Shown here one piece after another: positions 49,079 through 62,528 of a stretch of 64,000 nucleotides of DNA. A program made the position numbers and the translations under genes. Numbering within the stretch: the stretch's first letter is position 1; each line of letters opens with the position of its first letter. The notes under the pieces were generated by a model, which ran no database searches, was not told the origin of the DNA, and worked only from the letters and a program-made list of their open reading frames with translations. The stretch comes from Glaucostegus cemiculus (taxonomy: Eukaryota): contig CDPCPM010000060.1 of the NCBI GenBank assembly GCA_976551045.1, positions 3,348,001 to 3,412,000 on the forward strand. The letters run 5' to 3'.

Positions 49079-51589
49079 ATGAATATTCCACCTTGGGTAC
49101 AAAGTAACTGCTCAGGGTTGTAGAACAATTGAGTTAGTGTGATCACATTAGAAGTGGAGAAGCTGCAAGTGGAATTGGTATGGATTTGTAGCAAAGGGAA
49201 ATGGTTTTGTTGCAAACCGCTGCATGGTATTGTGCATGAAAGCAGTTTGTTGAACATTGATGACCTAAGTTTTCAATGAGTTAGCAAGTGCGAAAATAAT
49301 GGCCCTAATGTTCTGGAGTCAATTATTTAAGAACATCTGTATATTTTCCTACATGAGACATCATTACACACGCATGGAGTGGGTGTGCGTCTAGCAATGC
49401 AATGTGAATTGCGCACATTATAGAGAGGAGTGAGTCATGGCAGCAGCCAGGGAAAGCAGCCAGTAAAAGTAAAATAACTTTCAAAACACTTCCTCTGTCT
49501 GACTCTTTTTTCGTTAATCAACTGAATAGCCAACTATTTTGGTCTGAGGTGAGTGTGAATGTTTGTGACACTAGCAGACCACCATAGTAAATGTCTCACA
49601 ATTACTTCTTATCAATAAGAACTTTTGTGGAGAACAGCAGATTGGTATACCTGTGCTTATGTTCAAACCTGACCCAAAATCATCAGATTAAATTCTCCTG
49701 CGAATTTTGTAGGAGATGAAATTGTGAGCCTCAGCCTGTAGGTGTAAAATACCCTCAGCATTAACATTGCCAATCTCAACCAGAGATGGTACAGGAAAAA
49801 TCATTACAATTTTAGCTGACTATAATAAAATTGCTTCAATTTCTTTACCCAAACTAAACATTACTAATGACAACTTCATTGGATACATGTCTCTATAACA
49901 CATGTGTTGAACATGGGCACCTTTATCTGCTCCATTCTTAGCACTATAGTGCTCATCTATGTTTGCTAAGAATGAAGCAGAAATAGTTTGATCTGGACAC
50001 TAATATCTTCCTTTGGGCAGATCTTAAGAAGTCTGAGCTTCAGAGATGGGATCATCCAAAGCCTGTAGCTCTAGATGTGACTGTTCAAGGGTTTAAGTTT
50101 TATTTTTCATAGCATTGTGAAGAATTTGCTGGCTTGTTTCTAAGGGAATGACTAAAAATCCAGCCATCTATTTTAGATGTGCCAGTTTTGTGAGGCTCAG
50201 ATGTACTGTCTGAAATAGTAGTGATAAGTATCTTAGTATCATAAAATGACACATCACAAAAAGAGGCTTTTGACTCTTCTTGCCTCTTTGAAAATGTTAT
50301 CTGATGAGTTCCTGCTCTTTCCTGGTATTTTCACTATGTATCCATTGAAATAGTCATTAGTAATGCCTAGTTTGCAAGAAACTGATGCAATTTTATTATA
50401 GTCAGCTAAAATTCTTTCAGTTATAGTTTCCTCCTACATTTAGACTTCAGTATTATCCTTACTGCTACACTCCATTAAGCTTAATTTTGTTAGGAAGAAA
50501 GATGGTGGGTGTAAAGCTTATTGAAACACAACAATAAAGCTGGGAATGGTTCCCAAAGTGGTGGTGCTTTATATTTTGGCAAGCAGAGTGAGATATATTG
50601 AGAAGGAGGTGTTATACTGTCCCACTGTACACCCACTTATAGTAAGATATCTATTTATTTGGTAAATTTTTAAACTTTGAACAACATTTGAAAATTGCTG
50701 CTGGTATTTGGATGACATTGAGTTAATCTGAAAATTTGTGCAAAGAGTGCAAGATTTATTTGATTGGTGAACTACTTGCAGCAATATAGCACAAGTTGGA
50801 CAATACAGTGGGATTTTAGAATAGATTCGGTTACCGTGATCAAGAATTGGCTGACAACTCAGTCCTCTATAAAGATCCAATGATGGTTATTACTGTTTGT
50901 TAGTGTCCAAAATTTTGATGCTCTGTGGTACTGTGTGAGTGTATATATCAGGAAATGGTGTGTGACACCACCATTCAATTTAAACATTTTAAAATGTCTA
51001 TTCTATGAATTCATTAATGCTGACAATGCTGAAGCATACCCGTAGGGGGATGGAACCTGAATGAAATGGTGTCTCTACCGCATATTTTTACAGTAGCTCT
51101 TCAGCAATCATGTTGCTCCTTTTGCTCTGCTTGTAACCTAATGTATTAGAAACAACACTGAGAGAATTTTTTCACAGACTGTAACTGCCTAGAATTAGTG
51201 AGCTAAGCACAAATTGTCCAGAGCATTTATGTACAGTCAGGGCTCTGCTTAGAATAGGTCCTACTTTTACGTGCCAAAGGCATTAGACTAATGCTTTATC
51301 TGGAATAGTTCTAGCAACAGTTATAATCTGGGAACACTGCAGGTTACCAGTCTATAAATCAAGGGATAACCAAGGAACTGTTTCATGATACAAATGCAAG
51401 TTTTAAATTCTCACCTGCTGTAGACTGCAAGAAAGTCAAGTGGCTTAAGCCCCATCCAGAATTTGTGGTTTGTTTTTTCACCCACTTTAATCATTTGCCT
51501 TATATCTCAGAATCTTTCATTTCTTTACTTTCTCAGACTTTTCTCCTTCCTAATTTTTTTGAACTTTGTTTCTGTTTATCATCCTCTTC

Positions 51590-51965
51590 TCTAGAACATG
51601 GTGGCTTGTGATGAGCTCCACTGGCCCTGCTGTACTTGGCTTAATGCTGCTTTCCTTCATGTGTGAGTTTGGACTACATTAACTGACTATTTGGCATTGA
51701 GTTCTGCTGGGGGAGCAACAACATCATAGCCAAGCCTGATCTTGTCCCTGTTCATCATTGTATTTGGCAGCATGGGTGATTGGAAAGCAATCTATAGGAG
51801 GAAACCTGGTTGAATTTTCATATCCCAGCCGATGGAACTATTATCCAGTTCTTGTATCGCAACTGCTACATAACTGTTCATCTTCCTCAGTACTAATGAG
51901 GATTGAACCTAAAACTCTTCCATGCTTGTATACCTCAATTTCACATAAGGTATTGAAGCATTGGG
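51590..51965 (-). mobile_element. Old tRNA-derived SINE, degenerate
   Basis: GGATTGAACC (reverse B box) near 51900. Body resembles the relics at 6690 and 24450. Confidence 0.35.
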
Positions 51966-52829
51966 AGAAGTCTGTAGCTGTGGCTTGTTACATCAGCATT
52001 AAGTCCAGGAAAGCTTTCTCAGCTGAGTGAATGAAACATTCTGCTGAAGTGATTCGCGATTTATAATCTCATTGGTAGCTATTACTGAGTAATGTTATTT
52101 TCTCAAAACACTGCTCTTGTTTGACTTGAAAATAATGAAAACCTTGTGTCTAGTCCTGTGAGCCAAATTGTAGTGACCTTTCATGTGACCCACCTGTCGA
52201 GCTCTCACAAATGATAATAGTTACCTCATGCTACCATGATCTGAAGTGTACCATAGTGTCTGCTACTTAAAAAAGATTAGTCTTTCCAGTCCTGTAGCAA
52301 TCTGCATGAACAGATAGGCCAAAGTGACACCCACTGTAAATTCCCCTGAAACCTTGCTTTCATATGATGATGTGTAAAACTTTTTTGGTCACCAAGTTAG
52401 CATATTGTGTATGCCCAATCTTATAGCTATGTCAAGTATGTAAAAATAAAGACCATGCATACATCTAGTGCTTTTCATGAAAAATAATGAATCTAAAACA
52501 ATGGCACGTAAAATAATGTTCACTGTGTGGGATGTGGAAGAATTTACATAGGCCTAACACCAGACATGGTTGGAGAAAGTGGTGGCGGGGGGGAGGGAGA
52601 GGGGACTAAGCAAAATCTTAATTCCAGTTAATTGGTCTTCAAAACTGGAATAGGGTCATTGGAATAGAGGCATGGCTAAATAGAATTGACTAAGGCTATT
52701 GAAGCTATTGTATTTGGACCTTATTACAAGCTCTTTTCCCTCACCATGAGATTCATTCTGAGGCTGAACCACACTGCTATTTTGGAGTTATATTTGACCA
52801 TAAAATGAGCTTTGGCTCACATTTCTATC

Positions 52830-53350
52830 TCACTCCCAAGGATGTTTAATCCTAGCTTCATTGGATCATCTTGTCCCACCCCAATCCCATCTCATCTTCT
52901 GCCTAAAACCTCATCCGTGCCATTGTTACTTCTAGACTTGACTATTCTAGCACACACCTGACTGGCCTTCCTTGTTCCATGAACTTGAAGTCTTTCAAAA
53001 TTCTGCCTGACTATTCTTAAAACTCACCAAGTTTCATTCACCCACCATCCTGAGCTAACTGACTTTCAATTTAAAATTCTCATTTTTGTTTTCAAGTTTG
53101 CTTTCCAACCTATGTCATGACCTCTACTCCCCAAGATGTCAGCCTTTCTCCAGGTCTGACCTTTGGAACATGCTTTCACCTGTCAAAACCCTGCTTTGAA
53201 ATTCACTCCCTACACATCTCCAACTCTCCCCTTTTAAGATGCTTCAAAGTCTGCCTTATTGAGCTACCCTTTGGTCATCTGCATTAACATCTCCTTTTGC
53301 GACTAGCACTTTGTGGAGTTTTACCACCCTGTAAATTAACATTGCTGTTA
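52830..53350 (+). mobile_element. L2-clade LINE 3' portion
   Basis: 52910 onward translates LIRAIVTSRLDYSSTHLTGLP, matching the L2 ORF2 motif LIHAFVTSRLDYCN.LL.GLP. Confidence 0.8.
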
Positions 53351-54317
53351 TCCTTCAATGCTGTAAAATTCAATGATCTTGTGCATGAATTCTACTTTTA
53401 AAAGCAACGACAAAAATATTTAGGCACTCCTCTTTACATAAACCACTCTTGTATAAAGCTTTACATTGTATCCTATCATCATTAGGAAGCTGCCACATAA
53501 CAGCTGTTTTTATATTGTGGTAAGGCCTATGCTTGTGCTGCGGGCTTCCTACATACAGGTATCATGTAGCAACATGAAAGGAATCTTGCAGTTGGAACAA
53601 TCCATCTTTCCTAGGTCTTCCTGGATATCAATCTTAACAAATTGCAGAAAGCTTACTTCTGGATTGTAGCTGTTTGCGTGAGACTGCAAGTTGGGGGCTT
53701 GACACCATGAATATGGATCTTGTGCAATATATGAATTGCAATTGAACAAAACATCTTTATGCCATCTGGACACATCTGTTGGAAATCAGATGTATGCTTG
53801 TAACAATGAAAGGGCTATAGGCAAGGAAGTATCCCCTTTCTTTACATCACTAAGGATTTTTAAGTCATATAGTAAGAAATGCTTGATAAATCAAAGATGT
53901 TGAAGACAATGAAGAGAATGTGCAAAATCACCCATAGTCTGAGGTTCTTAAGGAAATAATGCACGTCACTGTCTACAACCACAATGAAATCTCTTGGGGC
54001 AAAGATGAGGATCCAAGGGATTTGTAGCAATCAAATGTACTTTGGTTTACTGTAAATATGGACCATTGCAATTATTAATTAACTTTTGTCATAGTTCTTG
54101 TGAATATAAAGTTACTGCCTTTAATTCCTTATCAAATGCACTACTGAGAGCAGATTACTGTTCTAACAAATCAAGAATTAAACTTTAAGCATTGCATGAA
54201 ATAATCTTGCAAAGGCTGCTTGTCTAATCTTCTCCTATTGTATGAAATAGGTGGGAAAAGCTATATTTCAGATACAGTATCTATGTAATATATTTGAGAA
54301 AATGGAAGGCAAAAATA

Positions 54318-54496
54318 TTCCAGATGCTGAACTAAAAACAGAAAATGGTGTTGATACTCAGCATGTGTGGAGAAACAAACAGGATTAACTTTCTAATAAA
54401 AGGTCACTAACCTGAAATGTTAACTTTATTTCTTGCTTTACAGATGCTACCTAACCTGCTGAATATCACCAACATTTTTTGTTTTCATATCTGGAA
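54318..54496. mobile_element. Penelope-like fold-back relic
   Basis: AAAAACAGAAAATGGTG..ATACTCAGCA arm faces TGCTGAATAT..CCAACATTTTTTGTTTT arm. Outer ends TTCCAGAT / ATCTGGAA are complementary. Confidence 0.65.
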
Positions 54497-54789
54497 AAAT
54501 GTCTTTCAAAATTATACAATGAAATTAATTTAAAATGACAATAGTATCAGGTTACATAAAATCTGCTTTGTGATAATATCTCCCAAAACACCATTATTGA
54601 AAATGACATCATTTAAGGATGCAAATAATTGTGGTCAATTATTATACACCTCTCCTGATTTGAAGATAGAGGAAATAGAAATCAGGCAAAGACTTACAAC
54701 TGATGGCTGGTCCAATATTCATTTTATATAATAACCCTGGGTTAAAATTAACCCAGAGGTATGTAATATAAGATGGGGGAAGTGGATTT

Positions 54790-55080
54790 CTATTGTTTCT
54801 TAACAACTTGGACATTGACACCAATACAAATTGCCAGATTTGCTGAAGGCACAAATCTAGGGAGTGTATTGAAGGAGATAATGTAACAAAAGTCTAGCAG
54901 GAGGATTTAGACTGGTTAAATAATCAGGTAGACAAAATGCAATTGAAATTTAACCTTGAAAAATGTGGGCTGAGAACATGTGCATCATAAGTACGTAATG
55001 AATGAAATCGAATTATCCAACTTGAAAAGGCATTTGGGAGTAACCTCGATAATGTCACTTTCAATGTCTAGATAATGAAG
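54790..55080 (+). mobile_element. Degenerate CR1 RT fragment
   Basis: AGATTTGCTGAAGGCACAAATCTAGGG (~KFADDTKLG), CAGGAGGATTTAGAC (QEDLD), CAATTGAAATTTAACCTTGAAAAATGT (QLKFNLEKC). Confidence 0.75.
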
Positions 55081-55873
55081 GAATAAAACAAAAGGATGAC
55101 TGACGTAAGATCTGGAGCAAGCAATTCAGCCCATGAGCTAGATTCACCATTAAATAATATCATTGCTATGCATACGGAGTCCATTTACTGATTCTGGAGC
55201 GAGCAATTAGACAGCTCTAGAGAATGCAGGCTCACGTCACTTGGGTTTGGCACTCTGTGCAATTTAACTCCAGTGCATTGTCAAAAAGGGATGAGGTCTG
55301 TCTAACAGACGGAGAAATGGAGCTGAAGCCAAGCATTATAAAGAAATTCTGACTAAACTGGTTCTGTAACTACCAGAATCATTTTTGTACTTGTGGAATA
55401 TAAAATATTTCCAGTTTCATCATATAGTTAAGTATCCATAATTTATTGTTGAATCTTTGAGGAAGTTCTGCAGGTAACAAACAACCTTTTGTGCATGTTT
55501 CTGCAAGGAAAATAAATACATTTGTTCTTGTTTTTGAGGTTTCAATGATTCCTCATGTTCTGGAAAAGACCAGTGGACTACTGATTCCAAAAAAGAAATT
55601 AAGTAAGAAACCTCAAATGATATAAACAGAAGATAACTTGGGAGGAGCAGTAGAGAGGAAAATAAATCATATGATGAGAACCAAAGCAGCTCACTCATGC
55701 CAGCAGCTCTCATGCACTTATTGGCTTCCAGTTTGGTGTAGCATTTCTCCAAATACTACTATTTCTCACTAACTAGCTTTATTTATCTGCATTTTCTTTT
55801 ATTACTCTCCTAAGGATATAATTTATTTATCAGAGCCCCATAATCTTAATTCAAGCTTAATAATACTGAGATC

Positions 55874-56809
55874 ACATCTCATCCAGGAATCATTAGTTGA
55901 ATTCCAGAAATAGACCTGCAATTGACATGCTGTTCATTTGGAAAAATGATAGATTTGGCTCTGAAAGTCTGGTCACAGGAAGATGCATGAATCTTTCCTG
56001 TGAAGTCAAGCATGTTGAATTGCACTCTTTAACCTGTATATCATTGTGGATCCAGCATTACATGGCAAAGTACTCTTAAGATTTTTCTGCAGGAAGCTAG
56101 AGCATTAACTCAGTCCATGAGCCTTTTTTGTCTGATTGTGCAAGTTGTTACTTTTCTTGTTTTGAAGAAAAGCTATCCTGCAGCCAGTATCAAATTTACC
56201 AAATTCAAGTTTGAAATTCTGCTCAATGAAGCAGAAGCTTGAAAGAAACAGCAGCTTCTGGATGGAGAAGATTCTGATATGTGAAAACAGTTTCCAAGCA
56301 ATCTGTTCTTCTTTTGCTTAACCTGCATAAATCATGCCACTGAAGGTCCATTAGGCATCATTCAGCTTTTACATGTGGTGTTCTTTTATGCTGCATCTTT
56401 CACATGACCTTGCTGCCCAGAATGCATTACTATTGGCTCATTTCAGTTCGTAGTTTTCCTGATTTTCTTTGGAAAGGTTATTGACACCATTATATTATAA
56501 TGGGAGAACAAAAAATGGCAGGGATGCTGGAAATCTGAAATAGGAGCAGAAAATGCCAGTATGGCAAGCTGTAATATTGTTAGAATGATAATTCTGTGGA
56601 ATGTCTGCTCTGTTTTTCTCTTTGTGGATACTGCTTGATCTGTTGAGTATTTCCAGCATTTTCTATTTTTAATTAGAATGGGATTGTCATTTGAGATCCC
56701 ACTACATTTCAATAAGGACACATATCTTAACCACGAATCTGTGTCTTAGTTGTGATATAAAACTTGTGTAGCTAAGTAAATTACATCTCATCCAGGAATC
56801 ATTAGTTGA
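55874..56809 (+). repeat. Perfect 27-bp direct repeat, 909 bp apart
   Basis: ACATCTCATCCAGGAATCATTAGTTGA at 55874-55900 and 56783-56809. Confidence 0.95.
56505..56672. mobile_element. Penelope-like fold-back relic
   Basis: GATGCTGGAAATCTGAAATAGGAGCAGAAAATGC faces GATCTGTTGAGTATTTCCAGCATTTTCTATTTT. Confidence 0.6.
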
Positions 56810-59800
56810 CTCTTTAAACCACCGCTGTGACTGCCTGATGTGATACTGACCCACGTAGATTAAGAACCCAGGATTTTGCCTGTCCTGGGCTAAAATGGCC
56901 ATTTTGGCTGTAGTAACTGTTAAATTGAATAATTAATGTCAGTACCACTGGTTGAAGGAGGAAGGATGAAAATCACTCATGATTGACTTCTGCTGCAAAA
57001 TATGAATGTGGGGACACTGGGTGAGAAAAATGGTTAGGCTCAGTTGTGGGTATCTCTACCATATTTTATGGTTTAATAGCTTACAATTCTCATTGACTAG
57101 GTTTACAATGAACAATGGTTACTTTGATGAGGTGCTAGCAAAATACATGCTTTCAGGAAGACAGCTGAAAATTGATTTGGGTAAAAAACTGTTGCTGTCA
57201 CATGCATGCTTGAATTTTCGGTGTGTGGTGAAGCTGGACCAGTAATGTATCCCATGATATTGGGAAGAGAGCAGTCTGTGTTTGGTAATCAAATTTACTT
57301 CTAACAGATCCTGGCAGCTTCTTCTACTTTCTCAACATATTGATTGCCTGATTGGAGAGGTAATTTGACCTCTACAATTCAAAGAGCATAGTTTTTGGAT
57401 GAGAGCGTTAAACTCAATTATGTCAGTGCACAGTGAGCGGGCCCTACATTTGTTTCCTATAAAGAAACAGCTTGGCAGCAAACAGAACCATTCAGATAGA
57501 GCAGCTGTTAAATGGTAAAGACAATTGAGTCAAATATTTAACTAAAGGCTTTCAATTGCCGTTAAAGCCAAAGGTTGAGAGTTCTCATTTATGTTTTTAC
57601 CTCTGATACAAAAGAATGCCAAGAAAATGTAATCTTTGGAGCTCTTTCTGTATCTGTAAGTGCTGCAGCTTTGTTTGCAGCACTCAAGCATTCTTTCTTA
57701 TAAAATATTTTGGAAGTTTGGGCAGACTATGTCTTTCAGTATTGTTTGTAAGATAATACAGATAAACTACATTATTTGGTTTTGTGAATTATGTCAGCTC
57801 CTCACTAAACTGACCATGAATTTACTGCAGACAGAAAGGCAACTAGAAAACCTGATGTAATGTAGATGGTATGGTTAAATGAATATTATTTTACATTATT
57901 GAGATGGTGATGAATTTTGCAGCAACATTCATCAGCAGATGAAATGGTTGGAGTTGTGCCTGTAATAAACTACATTTTCTGTGGATAGAAAAAGTTTGAT
58001 GATTTGATTGCTTTTTTTCACTAACAATTTCTTACATCTGCATTGTTTGAGCATGGCTGGTATTTGGGTGGTTTGAGCTTTGTCACTGTTTACCATATGC
58101 AATATGGATTCAGCCATCAGATTATCATTTCCTTTGGTATTGCCTGTTTTACACCATCGTTCAAGGTCTAAATTAACTATGTTTTGAGTTCCGATTCTTT
58201 CAGTGGTGAAGGACATTGAGGCAAACTTTGAATTTTGAATTTCAACATTTCAGATTGCTTTGATCTGAAGTGAAAGTAACATAAGGTCAATAACATTTAA
58301 ATTAAAAGAAACAAGGGAATTAGAGTACTTTTTTGGAGGTAATGAATGAATGTGGAGAGCATAGTGGAGGGGAACATAGAACATTACAGGTTCCTGCTAT
58401 TATATCCCCAGTGGTACTCTTATCAGAATAGCACATTTAAAATCCATCCTCATGCTTGCTTAACATGTTTCTTTTAAAATCTATTCCTCAAATCAAAACA
58501 TTTAGCTTGGGCCAATACCAATCCTGTGCTATTGATCCCCCATAATGATTTATACAGCCTTGTCTCAACACACTTTATTGGAGTACTTCTGTGAGATTCT
58601 GCTTCCAGCATAGAATACCAAGTCTACATGAGAATGCAGTTCAAAGATAAGGTTCAGATATTCCAGGGACAAGTACTGTCTAGTGAGGCTTCAGACCATG
58701 AATGGAATCTTGCAAAATAGTCTTTACCTTTTAGCCATTGTTAAGTGCATACTTCTTATATTGGTGTTGCACTTGTCAGCATTCAGATCTAGATGTTTGT
58801 GGAGGGTAAAGGTGAAACTGGAACCAGTGAAATTCTCTGCTTATTGTCGAGAGATTTGCTTAGGCAGATCAAGATTATTTTCTCACCCAAGCTCTAGAAA
58901 TGTTGGAATCTGTGAGCTTGCTTTGGTACAGGTAATCTCAGTCATTTTGGTTGGAAAAATGCTGTGTTATTCATGACAAATGAGCTGAAAAGATACTTTG
59001 GTCTTCTTGGCAGCAAAGGATCAACCACCTACACAGTTCACATAAGCTTGCTCCAGCCTTGCCATCAAGGCCTTTTCAGTCTAATGTGTCGGGAAAGAAT
59101 GACACTTTTGGTCCAGAAACACTTTGCTGAGGAAAGTATTTATACCATTTGGATAGTGTTTGGATAATGTACCATTCATTTTTTTTCCTAATTTAATTTG
59201 TTCTTTCAGTTAGAGCCCAAGTAAACGATCAGAATATGACCCACAGGGTGATATGCAAAAGTATTTATTTTTCAGTTTTGCTGCAGTTTCCATCATGTTG
59301 GATCAAAACTGCATAATTTCCACTCTCAATGTGTTCTTAAAGGATCTGGAGAAACTGAAAATGGGACAGAGTTCTGATGTTTTGAAGACTGTGATGGATG
59401 AGCTGGAAACAGACAGGAAATGTTAAGGATTCATGGATTCTGCACATAATTACAGTGCAACTGGTGGCCCCAGGGCAAACACTAGCCACAGTTGGTGCAC
59501 ATTCATTGAAAGACAACCATTTGTATTAGGGTAACTATCTAACCTGTAGTCACATTCAAGTAGCATGTTGCTTCTGGAATAAAGGGAATTTTGTTTCACA
59601 CATGAAATTCCTGCTTCTACTGTTTTATTTCTTTTGGTCAATGGAAGAGCTAGTAAGTCTCTTTCCTAATTTGGTGCAGAAAATACTGGGTTGAAATATT
59701 CAGGCATATATGTGAACTGAGTTTGTTATCTCCACCTTTACTTCCATGAGCCACAGCAAATGCTGAAATTTTCAGACTGAGGTGGAAATCTACAACATTT

Positions 59801-61149
59801 TATGAGAACAAAGACAGAGATTTTCAATTAATTTATAAAGTTAAACTCACACATATGGTCACTACAAAGACATTCCTTTTTCCTCTGTCAGTATCACAAA
59901 TGGCTTATTTGAAGGTGCTGACTTGTACTGGCATAAATTCATAGACACTGGTAAACTTCTGGTACCTCCCTGAGGTGAATTTGAAGTGAGTGGGTAATTG
60001 ACTGTGGGAGTATATCAATGCTTAATTTGGAGCAGGAGTCCCAGGTAATTTCTTCAATACTTAGGTCAGGGTTATTGAGACAAATGTATTATGTACCTGT
60101 GTATTGGCATAAACTAATTTAGAGTGGATTTGAATGGAATGTGGGATTTTTCAGGTCTATGTGACTCAGTTACTCTATAGGAACCAGGAGAAAAGATGGA
60201 GCAATCTTTCAAAATGGAAGTTAGAAGAAGGAGGCTTGCTCTATAAAACCTATAGATCACCTTGTACCTTTCCAGAAAGTCTTTCAGAGAAATAAAATAA
60301 AGCATACGTACACAGAAGAGGTCATAAATCCTTTCTGCTGCAGCCTGTGGGTTTTACTTACTCAATTCTAATTTTTAAACATTCTGTTCAGTTTGGAAAA
60401 GCAGTTTGTGAATGATAAATGGAAGTCTCAGCATTTGCAAAGACTGCCTTTCAAGAATCAATTGAATTTTGATATTTAACAGCAGCAGCAATGACCATGA
60501 ACAAGTGGAGTATAATATTACTGTTTGAATAGAGGAGGATAATAATAATTTTTGTGAAGATTGATGGTTCTCACCTTAACCTGATAGTCATGGATCAATT
60601 GGTTCTATTCTGGTTTAATTTACCAAATGATTTACTTGCAGTTCTATATTGTAGGGAAATAAGTACACAATTTGACTCCTGGCTTGAAAGAGCAAACCAT
60701 CTCATTCAAATGCAGAAGCAGTGTAATTATAACCTTTCTAGGTTAGGCAAAAGTTTGAACAATTGAGGCCAACTCATGCTGTCTGTTTTTATATATATCA
60801 CTGATGTCTGTGCAGCCTCAGAGTCACAATATTCTCCTGAAGTGTCATGGGTGTATTTCTTATTGTTCCAATGGCACTTAGTTTTTTTTATCCTTTTTCC
60901 CAATAATATCACAAACAACATAAACATGTGTATCTTATCACCACTTTGGAAACCTGTATATTCACAGTTTGTACTTGACTTGTACTTCTGCAGACATTGT
61001 AGCATCTGCTCAAATTTCAATTCTGTCAATCGCTGTTTTTATTTGTTTAATATTAGTACCTTGTTTCATTTGTATCTGACTTTTTAATTCTCTTCTTACA
61101 CCTTCCAGACTAAAGGCAGAGTTAATGCACAATCCATGCACAATCTGAT

Positions 61150-61930
61150 GATTCAGCTGTTTTAGCTGTTAGCTCATTTCAATCATCCAACATTTAGCTT
61201 CCACAACTAAAAATACTCTCGCTCACCTCATTCATTTTATCTGTTTTCTCTATCACTCTCCTGATCTTGATAACTTTCTCAAATCTTTCAACCCTGTATC
61301 AAGCAGGATCAAATCTATCAACACTGCTGAAAACACCATTCTTGCTGACTTCAGTTTTCACTCAATAATTGCTCCTATGGTGATGTTCAGCTGCTGATCA
61401 GGCTAACACTAATTCTGAGTCCTTTGTTCTCCTGAATGACCTTGAATAACTTATCAGTCAGCCTTTACACCCACCTCTGATCCCATGAGCACTTGATTAC
61501 TTGCCAAAACTACCTCTTCTTGGAAAGAAATCACAATCTGTAAAGCATTTCCACTTCTTTTGACACTCTAGATCAAGTGACTGTGAGCCTTTGAAATTCC
61601 TTTGCTTCCTTTACTTGATCCAATTGCTGCTTTCACTCTTCTGCCCCTTCTAACTGCATACAAAGTAACTGATACTACTCTAGTCTCATTGGTTAATGTT
61701 CCCTTTGTTTCGTACCTAGTGTTACATTTCAGATCAGCTATGTCCATCATTTTACTGCTTATTTTAAAAAAAATCTGCACATTATATCTGGAACCTTAAT
61801 TGGTATAAAGTATGCTGAGCCTACATTATCTTGCTTGTAACTTCTGTATTACTGCTGTCTGGGTTTTTTATAATCAGCTCCATGATGGTGAGCTTTCGGA
61901 CCTCTCAGCAGCTGTACATTTTAGTCCATT
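61150..61930 (+). mobile_element. Very degenerate L2-like RT relic
   Basis: LLDPIAAF near 61610 resembles LLDLSAAF in a pyrimidine-rich context. Confidence 0.3.
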
Positions 61931-62183
61931 ACCTGTCTTCTGTAACCTTTGTGAGTTTTCCATTGTTCCTTTGTATCAATGGTAAAAGGAAATCACACGC
62001 AGTAAACTAGTTCCACTTTGTTTGAAATATAGATCAAATGACTATGGGTCTTAGAAAATTCTTTGCTTCCACTAAATTAGGTGATATTAACCTTGTATGA
62101 TGATTTAATTCTACATTCATTAGTTTCTTCAGACATATGCCATCAGTCATTTTGCACTGCAATCATTATCTGTTGGTGGCTCA

Positions 62184-62528
62184 ATGGATACAGGAACTAT
62201 GTTCCAGATGTTGGGGAAGTCCAGGACCAGAGGGCATGATTTAAGAATAAGGGGTAGGCCATTTAGGACAGAGGTGAGGAAAAACTTCTTCTCCCAGAGG
62301 GTTGTGAATTTGTGGAATGCGCTGCCTCGGAAGGCAGTGGAGGCCAATTCTTTGGACACTTTCAAGAAGGAGCTAGATAGGTTTCTTGTAGAGGAGGGAA
62401 TCAAGGGATATGGGGACAAAGCAGGAACAGGATATTGATTGTTGATGATCAGCCATGATCTCAAAATGGCAGTGCAGACTCGAAGGACCGAATGGTCTAC
62501 TTCTGCACCTATTGTCTATTGTCTATTG
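62184..62528 (+). mobile_element. Relatively young 5'-truncated CR1 LINE 3' end
   Basis: Open frame SRTRGHDLRIRGRPFRTEVRKNFFSQRVVNLWNALPRKAVEANSLDTFKKELDRFL..GIKGYG, 3' UTR with GATCAGCCATGATC, and a (CTATTGT)n tail. A second, older tail GGGCCGAAGGGCCTGT follows at ~62538. Confidence 0.95.
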
